A stretch of 64,000 nucleotides of DNA. It comes from Marsupella aquatica. Lineage: Eukaryota; Plantae; Marchantiophyta. The DNA lies in contig OZ316894.1 in assembly GCA_973895155.1 (NCBI GenBank), positions 9,014,234 to 9,078,233 of the forward strand. The letters run 5' to 3'. Of the stretch, positions 11,280 to 24,245 are shown piece after piece. The notes under the pieces are model-generated. The model saw nothing but the letters and a program-made list of their open reading frames with translations. It was not told the origin of the DNA and did no database searches. Numbering within the stretch: position 1 is the first letter of the stretch; every line of letters begins with the position of its first letter. The translations under genes and the position numbers were made by a program.

Positions 11280-11981
11280 TAGCAGCAACACCCTCATGAC
11301 CGAAGTGACTGCATAGTCATAATGACTACATGGTTGCAACAACATTTGAAATGTCTAAACAATTTTCTTGCCTCACAGTCTTGCATTTATCTGCTTTGTC
11401 TACATTTCTTTGGCTCACTTGCATGTCTTTCATATTCTTTTGTCTTGCCTCAACATGTTCACCTTACCCCAACATCTTTGCGTCAATGCAATGCACATCT
11501 AAAATTGCCTCAACATTTTTGCTTTCTCTCACCTTGACATCTTTTCTCTCCCGACATCTTGTCTAACCTTGACATTTTTTGCTCACCTTGACATTTTTTG
11601 CTGTCCTTGCCCGTCTCCTTGACATATTTTGTCACCTCAAAATCATTTTCTCATCTCTACATCTTTCCACCTAGACATATTTTCTCTCCTCAACATCTTT
11701 TGTTCACCTCTAGAGACATCTTTTCCTCAACTTGACAACTTTTCTCTCCTCGACATGGTTTATCACCTTAGTCACATCTTTTATCACCTCAACATCTTTT
11801 GCTCATCTCGACATCTTTTATGATCACCTTGTCATCTTTTGCTCACCTTGATATCTCTTAGCTCCTTGACATCTTTTACATCTCAACATCTTTTGCTCAC
11901 TTTGACAATCATCATTTTAATCTCTCCTCAACATCTTTTATCACCTCGACATCTTTGTGCAATGCACTGACATTGGGCTAG
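11280..11981 (+). mobile_element. Non-autonomous Helitron-like element, 3' end (5' boundary not determined)
   Basis: An ACATCTTT-type array is followed by the hairpin GTGCAATGCAC and then CATTGGG-CTAG|T at 11978-11982. The terminus matches the element at 21981. Confidence 0.65.
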
Positions 11982-12699
11982 TGTAATATAATTATCATAT
12001 AAATCACATCGATCAATCACCAGCACCACACATACCTACCATACTTGCTTCCTAGATTTTTCAATGTGGTAAAAAATTACCAAACACCTGGCATAAATAT
12101 CATCCCCAATGTAGCAAAAATTCAGTACTGGTTTTTTGGTCTTCCATTAGACAGTCCGTAAGTTCCCATTCTGGCCACAGGTCCTACTAGTAGCCATGAT
12201 CTATGACTATCCTTAGACATAGAGATATATAATCTAATGGTCACAAATGAATCCATGAAAATCAGATGAATGAATGTCTTAGCATCTTCGCCATCATGCA
12301 AGATGATATTAATTAGCCACAATAGCAAAAAGAAAACCACTTTAACTATCTCACCCTCAAAATTGAACAAACTTACTAAGCCTCCCACTTGACTAATTAA
12401 ATTAGTCTATAATTACCCATTCAAAATAGAATACCATAAATAACTTAAATACAGGAAGAATATACTTAGGACTATGATACCATCCAATGGATTACCACTC
12501 TAAGTAAAAAAAGCTATTGGGGCAACTTGACAAGGTTGTGCAGTTGTGAGGCTAAAACTCATGGAAAACATTACCCACGCTAACTAGCCGGCCCTATCAG
12601 CCAGAATCAAGCTTTGAAAGGAAAAAACTTGATAAAAACAAAGAAAAAAATCATTCTCGCTTGGTTAGACTTTGGTGGTTGATGTCGCATCTCTTTTGA

Positions 12700-13310
12700 G
12701 TCATGATATCTTTTACTGAACAACATTTTTTATGCAAAGAGATCTTTAATTCTAGTAAACAAAATCTTTTACTCAAGCTATCTTTTACTCAAGCAGTTCT
12801 TTGCAACATGGTAATTTTTCTCAATTACATCTTTAGCATCATCTATTATGCATTGACATCTTTCAACAAACAATATCTTTTAGTAAATCACATGTCTTGC
12901 GCAATCATGATATAGTTTACTTAACTACATTTTTTGAGCAACCACATATTTTACTTGACAACATCTTTTGTGCAACGCTGTCTTTTAGTTAACAACATCT
13001 TTTACTTAATGACATATTTTACCTAACAACATCTTTTACTTAATGACTTCTTTTGCGCAACAACATCTTTTACTTAACGACATCTTTGAGCAACCGAGTG
13101 AGCAACCACATATTTACTTAATGACATCTTTTGCTTAACGACATCTTTTACTTAACTACATTGTTTACTTAACAAAATCTTTTGCGCAATGACATTTTAT
13201 TAGCGACATCTTTTGGATGGTCACCCCATATTTTATTTCATGGCATGTTTTGCATAACAAAATCTTTTACTTAAGGACATCTTTAATATAATGACATGTT
13301 TACGCAACAA
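12700..13310. repeat. Degenerate short-period tandem array (ACATCTTTTACTTAA-like)
   Basis: Many imperfect copies of (A/G)ACATCTTTT(A/G)C at roughly 18-bp spacing. Confidence 0.8.
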
Positions 13311-13483
13311 TCTCTTCTGTGCGACGTGGGGATTGAACTCATTTGTAGCATATTATTTCTCCTTCATGTACAAGATAACATGACATTGACCACCTTCATG
13401 AAAAGAAAAGAATGGGAGGCACCCTCAAAAACAGAATTACTACTGTAAAGTACTCTAAACTAACTTAATCACTATACTGCCCA

Positions 13484-14232
13484 TTGCAACCCCGGTTTAA
13501 CCTGACGGGCAAGTTGACGGCTTGCCGGGCACGTCAAACTGTCAAATGACGGCCTGAAAACGACCAATTTGACGGATATTCGGTAACATTCTCCCGAACT
13601 CACCCGGACCCTTTCCGGACTCACCCGGACCATTCCCGAACTCTTCCCGGACCCCGGTTCGGGGTGGCAGCCGGTCGGGGCCGAGTCTGGGGTTGGGACC
13701 CGGGGAAAGGGGGGCGGGTTTGGGGTTCGGGGAAAGGGGGTCGGCGGCCGGGGGAAGGGGGTTCGGGGAAAGGGGAAAGGGGGGCGGGGAAAGGGGTCCG
13801 GGGGAAGGGGAAAGGGGTTCGGGGAAAGGGGAAAGGGGTCCGGGGGAAGGGGAAGGGGGGCGGGGAAAGGGGTCCGGGGGAAGGGGAAAGGGGGAAGGGG
13901 ATAGGGGGCCGGGGAAAGGGGGCTGGGGAAAGGGGGGTGGGGTTCGGGGTTCGGGGAAAGGGGGCCGGGGGGAAATGGGCCGGGGGAAGGGGAAAGGGGG
14001 GCCGTGACCCGAACCCTAATCCTCCGAGCCCCAGACCCGGACCGCCGAACCCGTCCCCGAACCCGAACCTCACCCGAACTCCCCCAAACCTTGCCCGAAC
14101 CCGGCCCGGACCTGGCCCAATTGTCTCCCGAACGTATCCCGGCCTGGACTGTTCCCGAACCCGGGTGCCGGGTTGCCGATTTGCCGGTGATTTTTCGTCA
14201 GTTTGACGGGCAAGGTCAAACCGGGATTGCAA
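13484..14232. mobile_element. MITE-like element with TIRs and a G-tract-rich core
   Basis: Left end TTGCAACCCCGGTTTAACCT versus right-end reverse complement TTGCAATCCCGGTTTGACCT. Subterminal TGACGG motifs. Core of GGGGAAAGGGG repeats. It appears absent at the paralogous position near 27670. No clear TSD. Confidence 0.75.
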
Positions 14233-14599
14233 CGAATCATACCAGTACGAATAACTCAATTAAGTGGAAAATGTACGGCTACGATTAATCGTTGGGGCCC
14301 CTTTCTCATTAAAAAAGCTGTAGGGGGCACGTAAGAAGGTTGTGCAGTTTTAGCTTAGTAAAAACATTCCTCACCCCCAAATATAACAAAATCAGTAAAG
14401 TATTACTGTAACTCATTTAATTACCCAGACGTTTAATTACCCAGACCAGCGCCAGGTAGACCAACCTGTACGCGATCCACACCTGGCATCGTCCACATCC
14501 TTTACCGATCAACAGCGGCGTCGTCTCGCCACTCACAGTTGCCATGTACGTGTTATATTATTCAAGTCCTCGCTTTCTAAAGTCCCTTTCTGTCTCTCT

Positions 14600-15350
14600 C
14601 TCGCCTCATCGACGAGCTATCGGTCTCAAGCTGGTCTTCTGCGTGGGTCCCTTCCGTTTCGTTTTTCGCCAGCATTGCCATTCGATCTATCCGTGCTGCA
14701 TCGAAGTCTGCGTTCATCTTGAAACGAATTTGTCTGTGCTCGACAGTTCTCGGGCTCCTTGGTGGTTCCTTCCTTCGCGTTCTGAATTAGCATTGCCGTT
14801 CGATCGATCCGTGCTGCGTCGAGGTCTGAGTTCAAAATATCGTGTAACGAATTTGTTTGTGTCGACTGCTCTCCGTACTCTTGGTGATTCCTGCTTTTTG
14901 CGTTTCTCAGTATTGTCATTATATCCGGATCGAGGTATTCTTAGTGGTTCCTTCCGTTTCGTTTCTCGCCAACATTGCCATTCGATCTATCCGTGGCTGC
15001 ATCGAAGTCTGCGTTCATCTTGAAACGAATTTGTCTGTGCTCGACAGCTCTCAGGCTTCTTGGTGGTCCTTCCTTCGCGTTCTAAAGTAGCATTGCCGTT
15101 CGACCGATCGATCCGTGCTGCGACGAGGTCTGAGTTCAATATATCGTGAAACGAATTTGTTTGGTCATTTGTTTGTGTCGACTGCTCTTCGTCCAACCGT
15201 GAAAAGAATTTGTCTGTGCCGACAGCTTTGTTTTCTTAGTGGTTCCATTTTCGCGTTTCTCAGGTGCATTGCCGTTCAACCTATCTGTGCTTCATCAAGG
15301 AACGGTCTGAGTTCAGTGGTGAAACGAATTTGTCTGTGCCGACAGGTCTC
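14600..15350 (+). repeat. Tandem repeat array in the 5' leader of DOXC copy 1
   Basis: Recurrent GCATTGCC(A/G)TTCGA..ATCCGTGCTGC..GTCTG(C/A)GTTC..GAAACGAATTTGTCTGTGC units between a TATA-like site (~14553) and the ATG at 15359. Confidence 0.85.
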
Positions 15351-15358
15351 AAGGAACG

Positions 15359-17113
15359 ATGGCGGTTGAAGGGACGATGGAAGCACTTCCTCAGACTTGC
15401 AGCCCGTCGCAGCAGCAAACTAGTGGAACGTCCGTCACAGCATCGCAGGCGGTACCTCTAGTGGGAGACGTTGCAATTCTGGAAGAAAAAGGGGTGCGGG
15501 AGTTGTTGACAAACTACGACGGCGGCAAAGCGATTCCTGAGTACTACATCAAGCCGGAGAGTATGCGGCAGCATGCTTCTTCCATCGTTGACGCAGATAC
15601 TGCGCAGACCTTTCTTCCCGTCGTTGATCTTGCGTCTCCCCGGGACGAGTTGGTGAGAGCCATCGGAAAGGCCTGCCAGTGGGGGTTTTTCCAGATCGTC
15701 AACCACGGGTCAGATCCACATGTGCTCGAAAAAATGTTCACCGAATCGGAGGAATTCTTCGCACTTCCCGTGGAAGAGAAAATTCGCTCCACGACACCAC
15801 AGAAAGTTGCTGGTCCGATTCACTTCGGAGGGGGTAGCAGAGGGGATTGGAGAGATGTCTTGAAGATCAACTGCGCGCCGGCCTCTGCAGTCGCAATGGA
15901 GTACTGGCCTGTTCATCCCGTGGGTTACAGGTAATTGCAGTTTGCTGTGGTCTGAGTCATCTCTTTCTAGTTTTTTCGCTATTTTGCGACGTTCGTAGCA
16001 GAGTCCCGAGTTCAGATCAGAATATGTGGACCGGAGTCAATCGGGACTGCAATTTCGGTACAGTAGCCACGACTTAAGTTGTGTTGCTGACGGTTTGTAG
16101 CACTTGATCTAATTCGTATTAGAGATCGTGACCACGTCACCAGCACTGCGGCCGATACTACCTCAAGTTTATGTGCAACGTGGTCACCAGCACCGCGGCC
16201 GATACTTACCTCAAGTTTATATGCAACGTACTTGATCACTGGCCGGGGGAGCTAGGAGTGCAGTAGTGGCTTAGGAGCAATGTAACTAATAGCCATTGTA
16301 TGTGTTTTTGATACTTGCAGGGAGACCATCATGCAATACTCCACGGAACAGCAATCGTTGGTGTGGAGACTCCTGGAGATCATCAGCGAATCGTTAGGTC
16401 TTGAAAGCGACTACATTCGCAACGAGTGCGCAGATCCAAGAGTCCTGTATGCGATAAATCATTACCCTCCCTGCCCTGATCCCAGTCTAACGATGGGCAT
16501 TCGGGAACACTCCGATCCCAACACGATCACCATCCTACAGCAAAATCAAGTTGCAGGCTTGCAGATGTACAAAGATGGTCTATGGTTTGATGTGAAATCC
16601 CTGGAGAACGCTCTTGTTGTGAATGTTGGTGACCACTTACAGGTACAATCATCAATCATCATGATGCTCCTTGTCATCTCGCTTGTCATGATCATCTTTC
16701 TGAACTGTAGTGCTTCAAATGGGGTAGTCTTCGAGTCCATGTCTTTCTTAGTTTGTTTCATCGCTGGGGTCTAGGGACTGCGTCTATTCGCTCACTTCCA
16801 GAATTCTCTTGTCACCATCGTTTCATGGTCTGTGCAGATCGTGAGCAATGGGAGATACCCGAGCTGTTTGCACCGAGTGGTGACTAACACGACACAGTCA
16901 CGAACATCTGTAGCCCTCTTCTTGTCACCAGCTCTGACCGCTCGCATCAAGCCTGCTCCAGCTCTCGTGGATGAGAAGCACCCCCCTCAGTATGTCGAAT
17001 TTACTTATGGACACTTTCTCATGAACTTCTACAACGGTGGTGGCCCAAACAAGAAAGTCATTCTTTCTCAATTCCAGTCGCAGAACGAATCGAAGGCTGC
17101 GACTATTAATTAG
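15359..17113 (+). CDS. 2-oxoglutarate/Fe(II)-dependent dioxygenase (DOXC, DMR6/FNSI/F3H-like), copy 1, 389 aa
   Basis: Exons 15359-15930, 16321-16642 and 16838-17113 with GT-AG introns give a continuous frame. Motifs: LPVVDL, WGFFQIVNHG, NHYPPCP, HSD, LHRV and RTS. Confidence 0.93.
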
Positions 17114-19110
17114 TTTTGGCAAGCAAGCACATTGATGCGGTCATGGGGGAAGTGGTTTGCTCCCCATGAACGCCCAGTTCATTGACGAGTCGCTCTCTGC
17201 ACGGCCCAGGTGGCTGGGCTGCGTTAGGTCCATTCAGTCGCCGCCTCACGCACCTCACATGTGATGCAAAGACCAGCATTTTTACTAACGCTGGGTTATC
17301 GTGCAAAATAGACATTATACATTGCAAACGATATATAGTACATTGAAGTTTTGTTGTTTTTGTCTCGGTTTTTGTCCAATCAGGCGCGTTCTTTAGTTAT
17401 GCTAGACGGGTCTTCTTACCTTGTTAATTATGCCCCCAATTTTGATTCTGAGAGTATTTTGAAGCTAAGGGCTGAGACCTGCGACGCGAATGATGATGGA
17501 CTATACCAACGGTCACTACTACACGCGTCTAGGAGAGCCCTGGCCCTGGACCTCCAGCGTAGGGGCTGAGGCAACGGAGTTAGACTTTTGGAAGTCCTGG
17601 ATGTCGGCAAGTGCGGAATTTTCCCAATACCTATTGCAGTTGACGATGCTCGGGTTACGACGGAGATCGACTTGATAAAGCTGTTTGTTTGCATCTTAGT
17701 CATCACTTTGTTGTGTTAATACTGACAGTCTCAAGCTATAAAACAGTACATCATTATATTGGGAACTTTTTGCATTCGGGCATTGAAGTCCATTAGCTCT
17801 CTTCTGAAAACTAAGAGTAACTAAGAGGAGAGTCCATTGGTGATCGATGACAATCCACTCAACGTACTTCATTGACATGCTTCACTGATTCGTAGCCCAC
17901 ATGTCAGTCACTCCTCCAATCATGATCGATTATGAGCATCTTCATGGAATGGGTTAATTGAATTGAAGGACCGATGTTCCATCCGCTCTATTATTTCATT
18001 CTATTTCGAGAAGCTAACAGTATTACATAGCTAAGCAGAACATTCCTGCCCAGGTTAGATACTTACAAGGAGAGGACTTATTAGACATTGACCTCAATGG
18101 ATTTCACACCAAACTGATGTCTTCATTGGGGAACAAATACAAATGTACTTCTTAGGTGTTCGTTCGAGTATTGATCAAGCATTTTGTTAGCTTGCATCCT
18201 ACCGCAGTGGACCCTGAAAGTTAAAATTTACTTTGGGCGAATCTACTTTGGGCGCACGGCGCGTGGGGCACTGCAAACTACGGGAGAGAGTCACAGCTAA
18301 ATTATTCAAATTGACACCAGTCATCTCTAAGAAACACGCACTGGAAACTAGTATTTAGATTTAGAAGTGTATATATATATATATACCACTTACACGGGAT
18401 TTATAATGTAAATATTTCTATGACTAATTTACATGTTCTCAGCCCTTATCTTCTGGTCCAAAGCGCAAAACCCCTCAAAACAAAGTGCTATCCATATTCA
18501 AAGGACCAACTGATATACATATCGATCACGCGCGTACGTACATGCAAGTAACTTGTTCTGATCGATTCTGTTAAATAAACACGTTTCTGTCTAGCTGAGT
18601 CCATTGCGTTCCCGTGCGGCCGTGCCAATAACGTAACAAATGTACAGTAAGTATGGTTGAAAAACAACCTAATAATACTCGGTCCTCTAGTCGGTTAAAG
18701 TTTACAAGCTTTTTACTCCCCCACCCCCCAAGCCCCCCGGCCCGGCCCCGACCCGATTAGTCTCACAGTTACCATGTACGTACAAATTTCGAGTCCTCAC
18801 TGTTTGAGCTCATTTCCTCTCTCTCGCTTTCCAAACTGAGTATCTGTCTCTCTACTCTTCGCCGAGCTCTCGATCTGGTCTTCGTTCCTTCCTTTGATTT
18901 CTCAGTAGCATTGCCATTCGATCTATCCGTGCTGCATTGAGGTCTGCATTGAATCGTGATACGAATTTGTCTGTGCCGACACCTCTCGGTTCTTCTTTTG
19001 GTTCCTATCATTGCTTTTCTCAGCTGCATTGGCGTTCAATCTATCCGTGCATCGAGGTTTGAGTTCCTTCGGGAAACTAATTTGTTGTTGCCGGCAGCAC
19101 TCAAGGAACG

Positions 19111-20755
19111 ATGGCGGTGAAAGGGACGATGGAAGCACTTCCTCAGACTTGTGGAGCGTCTTCCACGGCATCGCAGGCGGCCGGTACCTCTAGTGGGAGA
19201 CGTCGCAACGCTGGAAGAAATGCGGGTGCGGGAGTTGTTGAGAAACTACGATGGCCAGGCGATTCCTGAGTACTACAACAAGCCGGAGAGTGTGAGGCAG
19301 CATTCTTCTTCCAGCGTTGACGCAGGTACTGCGCAGACCTTCCTTCCGGTCGTTGATCTTGCGTCTCCCCGGGACGAGTTGGTGAGAGCCGTCGGAAAGG
19401 CCTGCCAGTGGGGGTTTTTCCAGATCGTCAACCACGGGTCAGACCCAAAATTGCTCGAAAAAATGGCAGAAAGTTGCTGGTCCGATTCACTTCGGAGGGG
19501 GTAGCAGAGGGGATTGGAGAGATGTCTTGAAGATCAACTGCGCGCCGGCCTCTGCAGTCGCAATGGAGTACTGGCCTGTTCATCCAGTGGGCTACAGGTA
19601 TTCACAGTTTGCCGTGGTCTGAGTATCTCTTTCTAGTTTTTTCGCTAGTTTGCACCGTTCGTAGCAGTGTCCCGAGTGCAGATCAGAGTATGTGGACCGG
19701 AGTCAATCGGGGCGGCAGTTTCGGTACGTAGCCACTACTTCAGTTGTGTTGCTGACGGTTTGTAATGATCTAATTCGTAATAGAGAGGTCCCGTGACCGC
19801 CTCACAAGAACGTGCAGTCTAAATGACAGGCCCTTCGAAATGCGGCCGATACTTACCTCAAATTTATATGCGACTTACTTGATCACTGAGGGAGCGTGAT
19901 CACTGAGGGAGCGAGGAGTGCAGTAGTGGCCGGCTTATTAGCAATGTACCTAATAACCCTGGTATGTGCTTTTGATACTTGCAGGGAGACAATCATGCAA
20001 TACTCCACGGAACAGCAATCGTTGGTGTGGAGACTCCTGGAGATCATCAGCGAATCGTTAGGCCTTCAAAGCGACTACATTCGCAACGAGTGCGCAGATC
20101 CAAGAGTCCTTTATGCGATAAACCATTACCCTCCCTGCCCTGACCCCAGTCTAACGATGGGCATCCGGGAACACTCCGATCCCAACACGATCACGCTCCT
20201 GCAGCAAAATCAAGTTGCAGGCTTGCAGATGTACAAAGATGGTTTATGGTTTCACGTGAAATCCCTGGAGAATGCTTTGGTCGTAAACGTTGGTGACCAC
20301 TTGCAGGTACATATATGCTCCTTGATCACCTCCTGAACTGTAGTGCATGACATGTGGTTTTCTTCAATTCGAGTCCATGTCTTATTTGTTTCATCACTGG
20401 GTGCGCTGGGGACCTTGTGTATCGCTGACTGACTTCCAGAATTCTCTTCACACGTTTCAGGGTCTGTACGTGCAGATCGTGCGCAATGGGAGATACCCGC
20501 GCGAGCTGTTTGCACCGAGTGGTGACCAACACGACGCAGTCGCGAACATCTGTAGCCCTCTTCTTGTCACCAGCTATGACCGCTCACATCAAGCCTGCTC
20601 CAGCTCTCGTGGATGAGAAGCACCCCCCTCAGTATGTCCAGTTTACTTATGGACAGTTTCTGAAGAACTTCTATAACGATGGTGGCCCAAACAAGAAGGT
20701 GATTCTTTCGCAATTCCAGTCGCAGACAGAATCGAAGGCTGTGACTATGAATTAG
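19111..20755 (+). pseudogene. DOXC dioxygenase copy 2, pseudogene
   Basis: Same three-exon layout as copy 1. It has a +4 insertion near 19181, a ~60-bp deletion near 19466 (FTESEEFF..RSTTP lost) and a +4 insertion near 20500. Confidence 0.88.
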
Positions 20756-21980
20756 TTTCCGCAAGTTAGCAAATCCATCGCCGTTCCGGGGGACGTGGAT
20801 TTGTACCCATCAACGCCCAGGACATTGACGAGGGCAGTGCACTCTTGAGGGGCGGCCCAGGCAGCTGGGTGGACCAGGGTAGGTCCATTCAATGGCGCCC
20901 CACCCACAACCCATGTGATGCAATTAGAATCTTACGTTGATTTCGGATCTACCCAAGCGATTAGATGGTCCTCGGGAAAACGGGAAGTCAGAATTTTGAT
21001 CGATCTGGTGTTGCCTGAATTTTGACATTTTGATTGATGCTGCCATCGAGCGTGATAAACATTATACCTTGCAGACTATAGAGGATTAAACTTTTGTTGT
21101 TTTTGGCCCACTAGACGCATACTTTAGTTCTGCTAGACGGGTCTTCTAGCGATGTTCTCGATCCTGGCAAGTGCAGGTTCTTCCCGAGAGCTGGGATTAA
21201 TGACGATGGTCGGCACTTTAGTTACAGCGGAGTCGTGATAGGTATATCTGCTTGTTTGCATCTTACTCAACTATGTTGTGCAATGAGATTTTCAGCTATG
21301 ACACAGTACATATTTGCGTTGTATCGTGATTTCTTCCAGAAAATAACTAAATGTACCGGGAACATTGTGCATCCCGGCATTGGACTCAATTACCACTTTT
21401 CCGGAAACGAAGAGACGATTTTGATGGCTGAGCACAGTCCAGTCAACTTCATGTTTCGTGTACATGCTTTACTGATTCGTAACCCCATGTTATCCATGTT
21501 TCATGTATCGATAAGACAATATTTTACATTTACCTGAAGGGGTTCCAGACCTAACCTATCCTTAACTTGATGGGATTCAATTTTAAATTGATAATGTACC
21601 TCAAACTTGGGAAAGGCTTGTACCTCAAACTTTGGCAACTAAGGGCAGTCCTTGCATGTGCAAGGTCCTTTGCACATGGGCCCCGAAATGAAAGTGAGAG
21701 TGGTAGGTTTGTTGAGATGCAAGGGCAAGGGCCAGAAATTTTCTCCCAAACCTTGAAATCTTAATCTTACTTATAAATTTGCAACTACAAATTAGAGTTG
21801 GGGCCTAAGTTTCTAGAGTGAAGACTCTAAACAATAATTCCATGGGTCATCATGTGAAATGATGAGAAAACTAATGTGTATGATGTATGTCATATCAAAT
21901 GATAACCATGATTGCTTTTTGTTATAATTTTTATTTATATTAAAAATTGATATTTATGGCCCCACCATATTATATGTGCA

Positions 21981-22992
21981 CTAGCCCAATGCCCGTGCGT
22001 TGCACGAAAGATGTCAAGGTCATAAAAAAATGTTGAAATGAGAAAAGATGTTGAGGTGAGAAAAAGATATGAAAGTGATTAAAAGATGTAGAGGTGATCA
22101 AAAATGCCAAAGACTGGTGATAAAAGATGTTGAGTTGATAAAAAGATACCGAGGTGAGAAAAAGATGTTGAAGTGATAAAAAATGTCAAGGTGATAAAAA
22201 TGTCATGGTGATATATAAAAGATGTTGAGGTGATAAAAGATGTCGAGGTGAAAAAATATGTCAAAGAGAGAAACTTAAAGATATTGAAGAGATGAAAGAT
22301 GTTGAGTCAATAACATTGCCTGTTCACTGGACAATTGTCATTACAGCCATTTTATAATTGCAACTATTTCATTGTTGCAATCAATTATCATTGTGACCAT
22401 TTCATTGTTGTGACCATTTTATGTGTTGGGCCATTCATTTGTGTCCTTGGTCAATATGCTTATTGCAAAAAAGAACTTAGGGTTTAGTGTTAATGTAAGT
22501 TGGAAGAAATAATTCATAGAGAGAATAGAAAAAATAAGAAATTTAGTTCTCTGTTCAATAGCCTTTTCTCCACTCTGTTATAAATAATGTCTTTTCAACT
22601 TAAAACTCTAAATTAATATTGTTCTTTTACTATAAGTTTACTTTACGTGAATGGGGCAAACATGTGTCCAAAAGTGATGTCAGGTCTACTTAGATTTTCT
22701 TGTTAGACCCACCTACCCATTATAGCCACATGTCAACTCACATTCAATTTCCAGTCACCTTGATATGAGAATCTTTTTATGGATTTTAGTGCCATAGTCT
22801 AGGTACAGGTGTGGGTAGAAGTGCATCCGTGTCTCAAGCTAGGACAAAGTCCTTATGCTTCCTTTGACCCAATCTCATGGACAGGAATATTTATGCTTTA
22901 AATCCAATGGTCATTATGAGTTCCCTCCAAGATTACATTTTGTAAGCAGACGATAAATGAAAAAGACAGGATTGTATATTATAGTGAGTAGA
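21981..22992 (-). mobile_element. Non-autonomous Helitron (~1.0 kb)
   Basis: On the minus strand it reads A|TCTACTCACTATAATA ... CGTGCAACGCACGGGCATTGGG-CTAG|T. This gives a 5' TC, a 3' hairpin plus CTAG, an A^T insertion site and no TSD. Contains an ACATCTTT array. Confidence 0.75.
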
Positions 22993-23230
22993 TAAGTGAA
23001 ATGTAGAATAGAAAAACTAAAAATGTGCATAGAAAATAGTACTATGATATGTTATATCTGATTATTAAAATGATGATATATATGATAATTTTTTTATCAT
23101 TTCATTAATCTTCAAAATATATGAATAAGAAATATATTTTGATGATATTTTTATTATATTTTCCGCTATTCACATTCAAAGAACGGATAATGGGGGCTAG
23201 TAATATAAAAGAGCAGACTAAACACATGTT

Positions 23231-23317
23231 AGATACCTACTTCATGACTGAGTGGGCAAGTCACACTTAACCTGGATACCTACCTCATGACTGAGTGGGC
23301 AAGTCACACCTAACCTG
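23231..23317. repeat. Two-copy ~44-bp tandem duplication
   Basis: GATACCTAC(T/C)TCATGACTGAGTGGGCAAGTCACAC(T/C)TAACCTG occurs twice. Confidence 0.85.
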
Positions 23318-23650
23318 TTCTTGATTATGTTAGGATTTTGTCATGCATTTTCTCCCATTGTGCTTTGCTAAGGGTCATTTTTTTCAGGACATGGAAGACT
23401 GCCCTAAGGGTTGGTTTCTCAGGGACTTTAATGCCGAACGCAAAATGTTAACGGTAGAATTAATGTGCTTTTCTCTCTAGAAGAAATCACGATACAAGTA
23501 TATACTGTTTAGTGTATCATTCGCTTCGCTTGTCTCAGCCCTTAGTTTTCAAAATCCTCTTAAAATCAAAATAGGGGGCATAATTAACGAAGTTAGAAGA
23601 CCCTTCTAGCATAACGAAAATATGCGCCTCGTGGGTCAGAAACGCGCGAA

Positions 23651-23962
23651 AACTTGAATCTTCTCTAGTTTGCAAGGTAAAATCTTTATTGCGCCCGATG
23701 GCAGCATTATTCAAAATGTCAAAATTCCGGAACACCAGATAAAGAAAACTTTTGAAATCTCCCCGTTCTAACTTGAATCCTCTACAGTTTGCAAGGTAAA
23801 ATCTCTATTGCGCCCGGTGGGCAGCATTATTCAAAATGTCGAAATTCTGGAACACCAGATCTCCCCGTTCTAACTTGAATCCTCTACAGTTTGCAAGGTA
23901 AAATCTCTATTGCGCCCGATGGGCAGCATTATTCAAAATGTCGAAATTCTGGAACACCAGAT
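23651..23962. repeat. Three ~100-120-bp tandem copies downstream of DOXC copy 3
   Basis: AACTTGAATC..AGTTTGCAAGGTAAAATCT..TATTGCGCCCG..GCAGCATTATTCAAAATGTC..GGAACACCAGAT occurs three times. Confidence 0.88.
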
Positions 23963-24245
23963 ACTTAGAGAAAATTGGTGATCTTCCCGTTCTCCTACTA
24001 CCACGTAATAGAGGGGCGGATCTCACGTGTACGTCGAGCGCAGGCCATTGAGTGGACCTACCCTGGCCCGGCCAAGCGCCTGGTCGCACAGATACTGCAT
24101 TGTCTCAAGATACTGCATTGTCTCGACACCGAAACTACCTGTCTCAAGATACTGCATTGTCTCGACAACGAAACTACCTGTCCTGGCCGTCTGTAGGAGA
24201 AATCCACGTTTCCGACGCGGCGATGCATAGGCTTGCTTGCCCAGA

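Noticed and set aside
10715-11282. Overlapping 145-175-aa ORFs
   Set aside because: No recognisable motifs, and they lie in pyrimidine-rich repeat-like DNA.
13621-14259. Gly/Lys-rich and Pro-rich ORFs (180-212 aa)
   Set aside because: They are by-products of the G/C-tract repeats inside a TIR element and are open on both strands.
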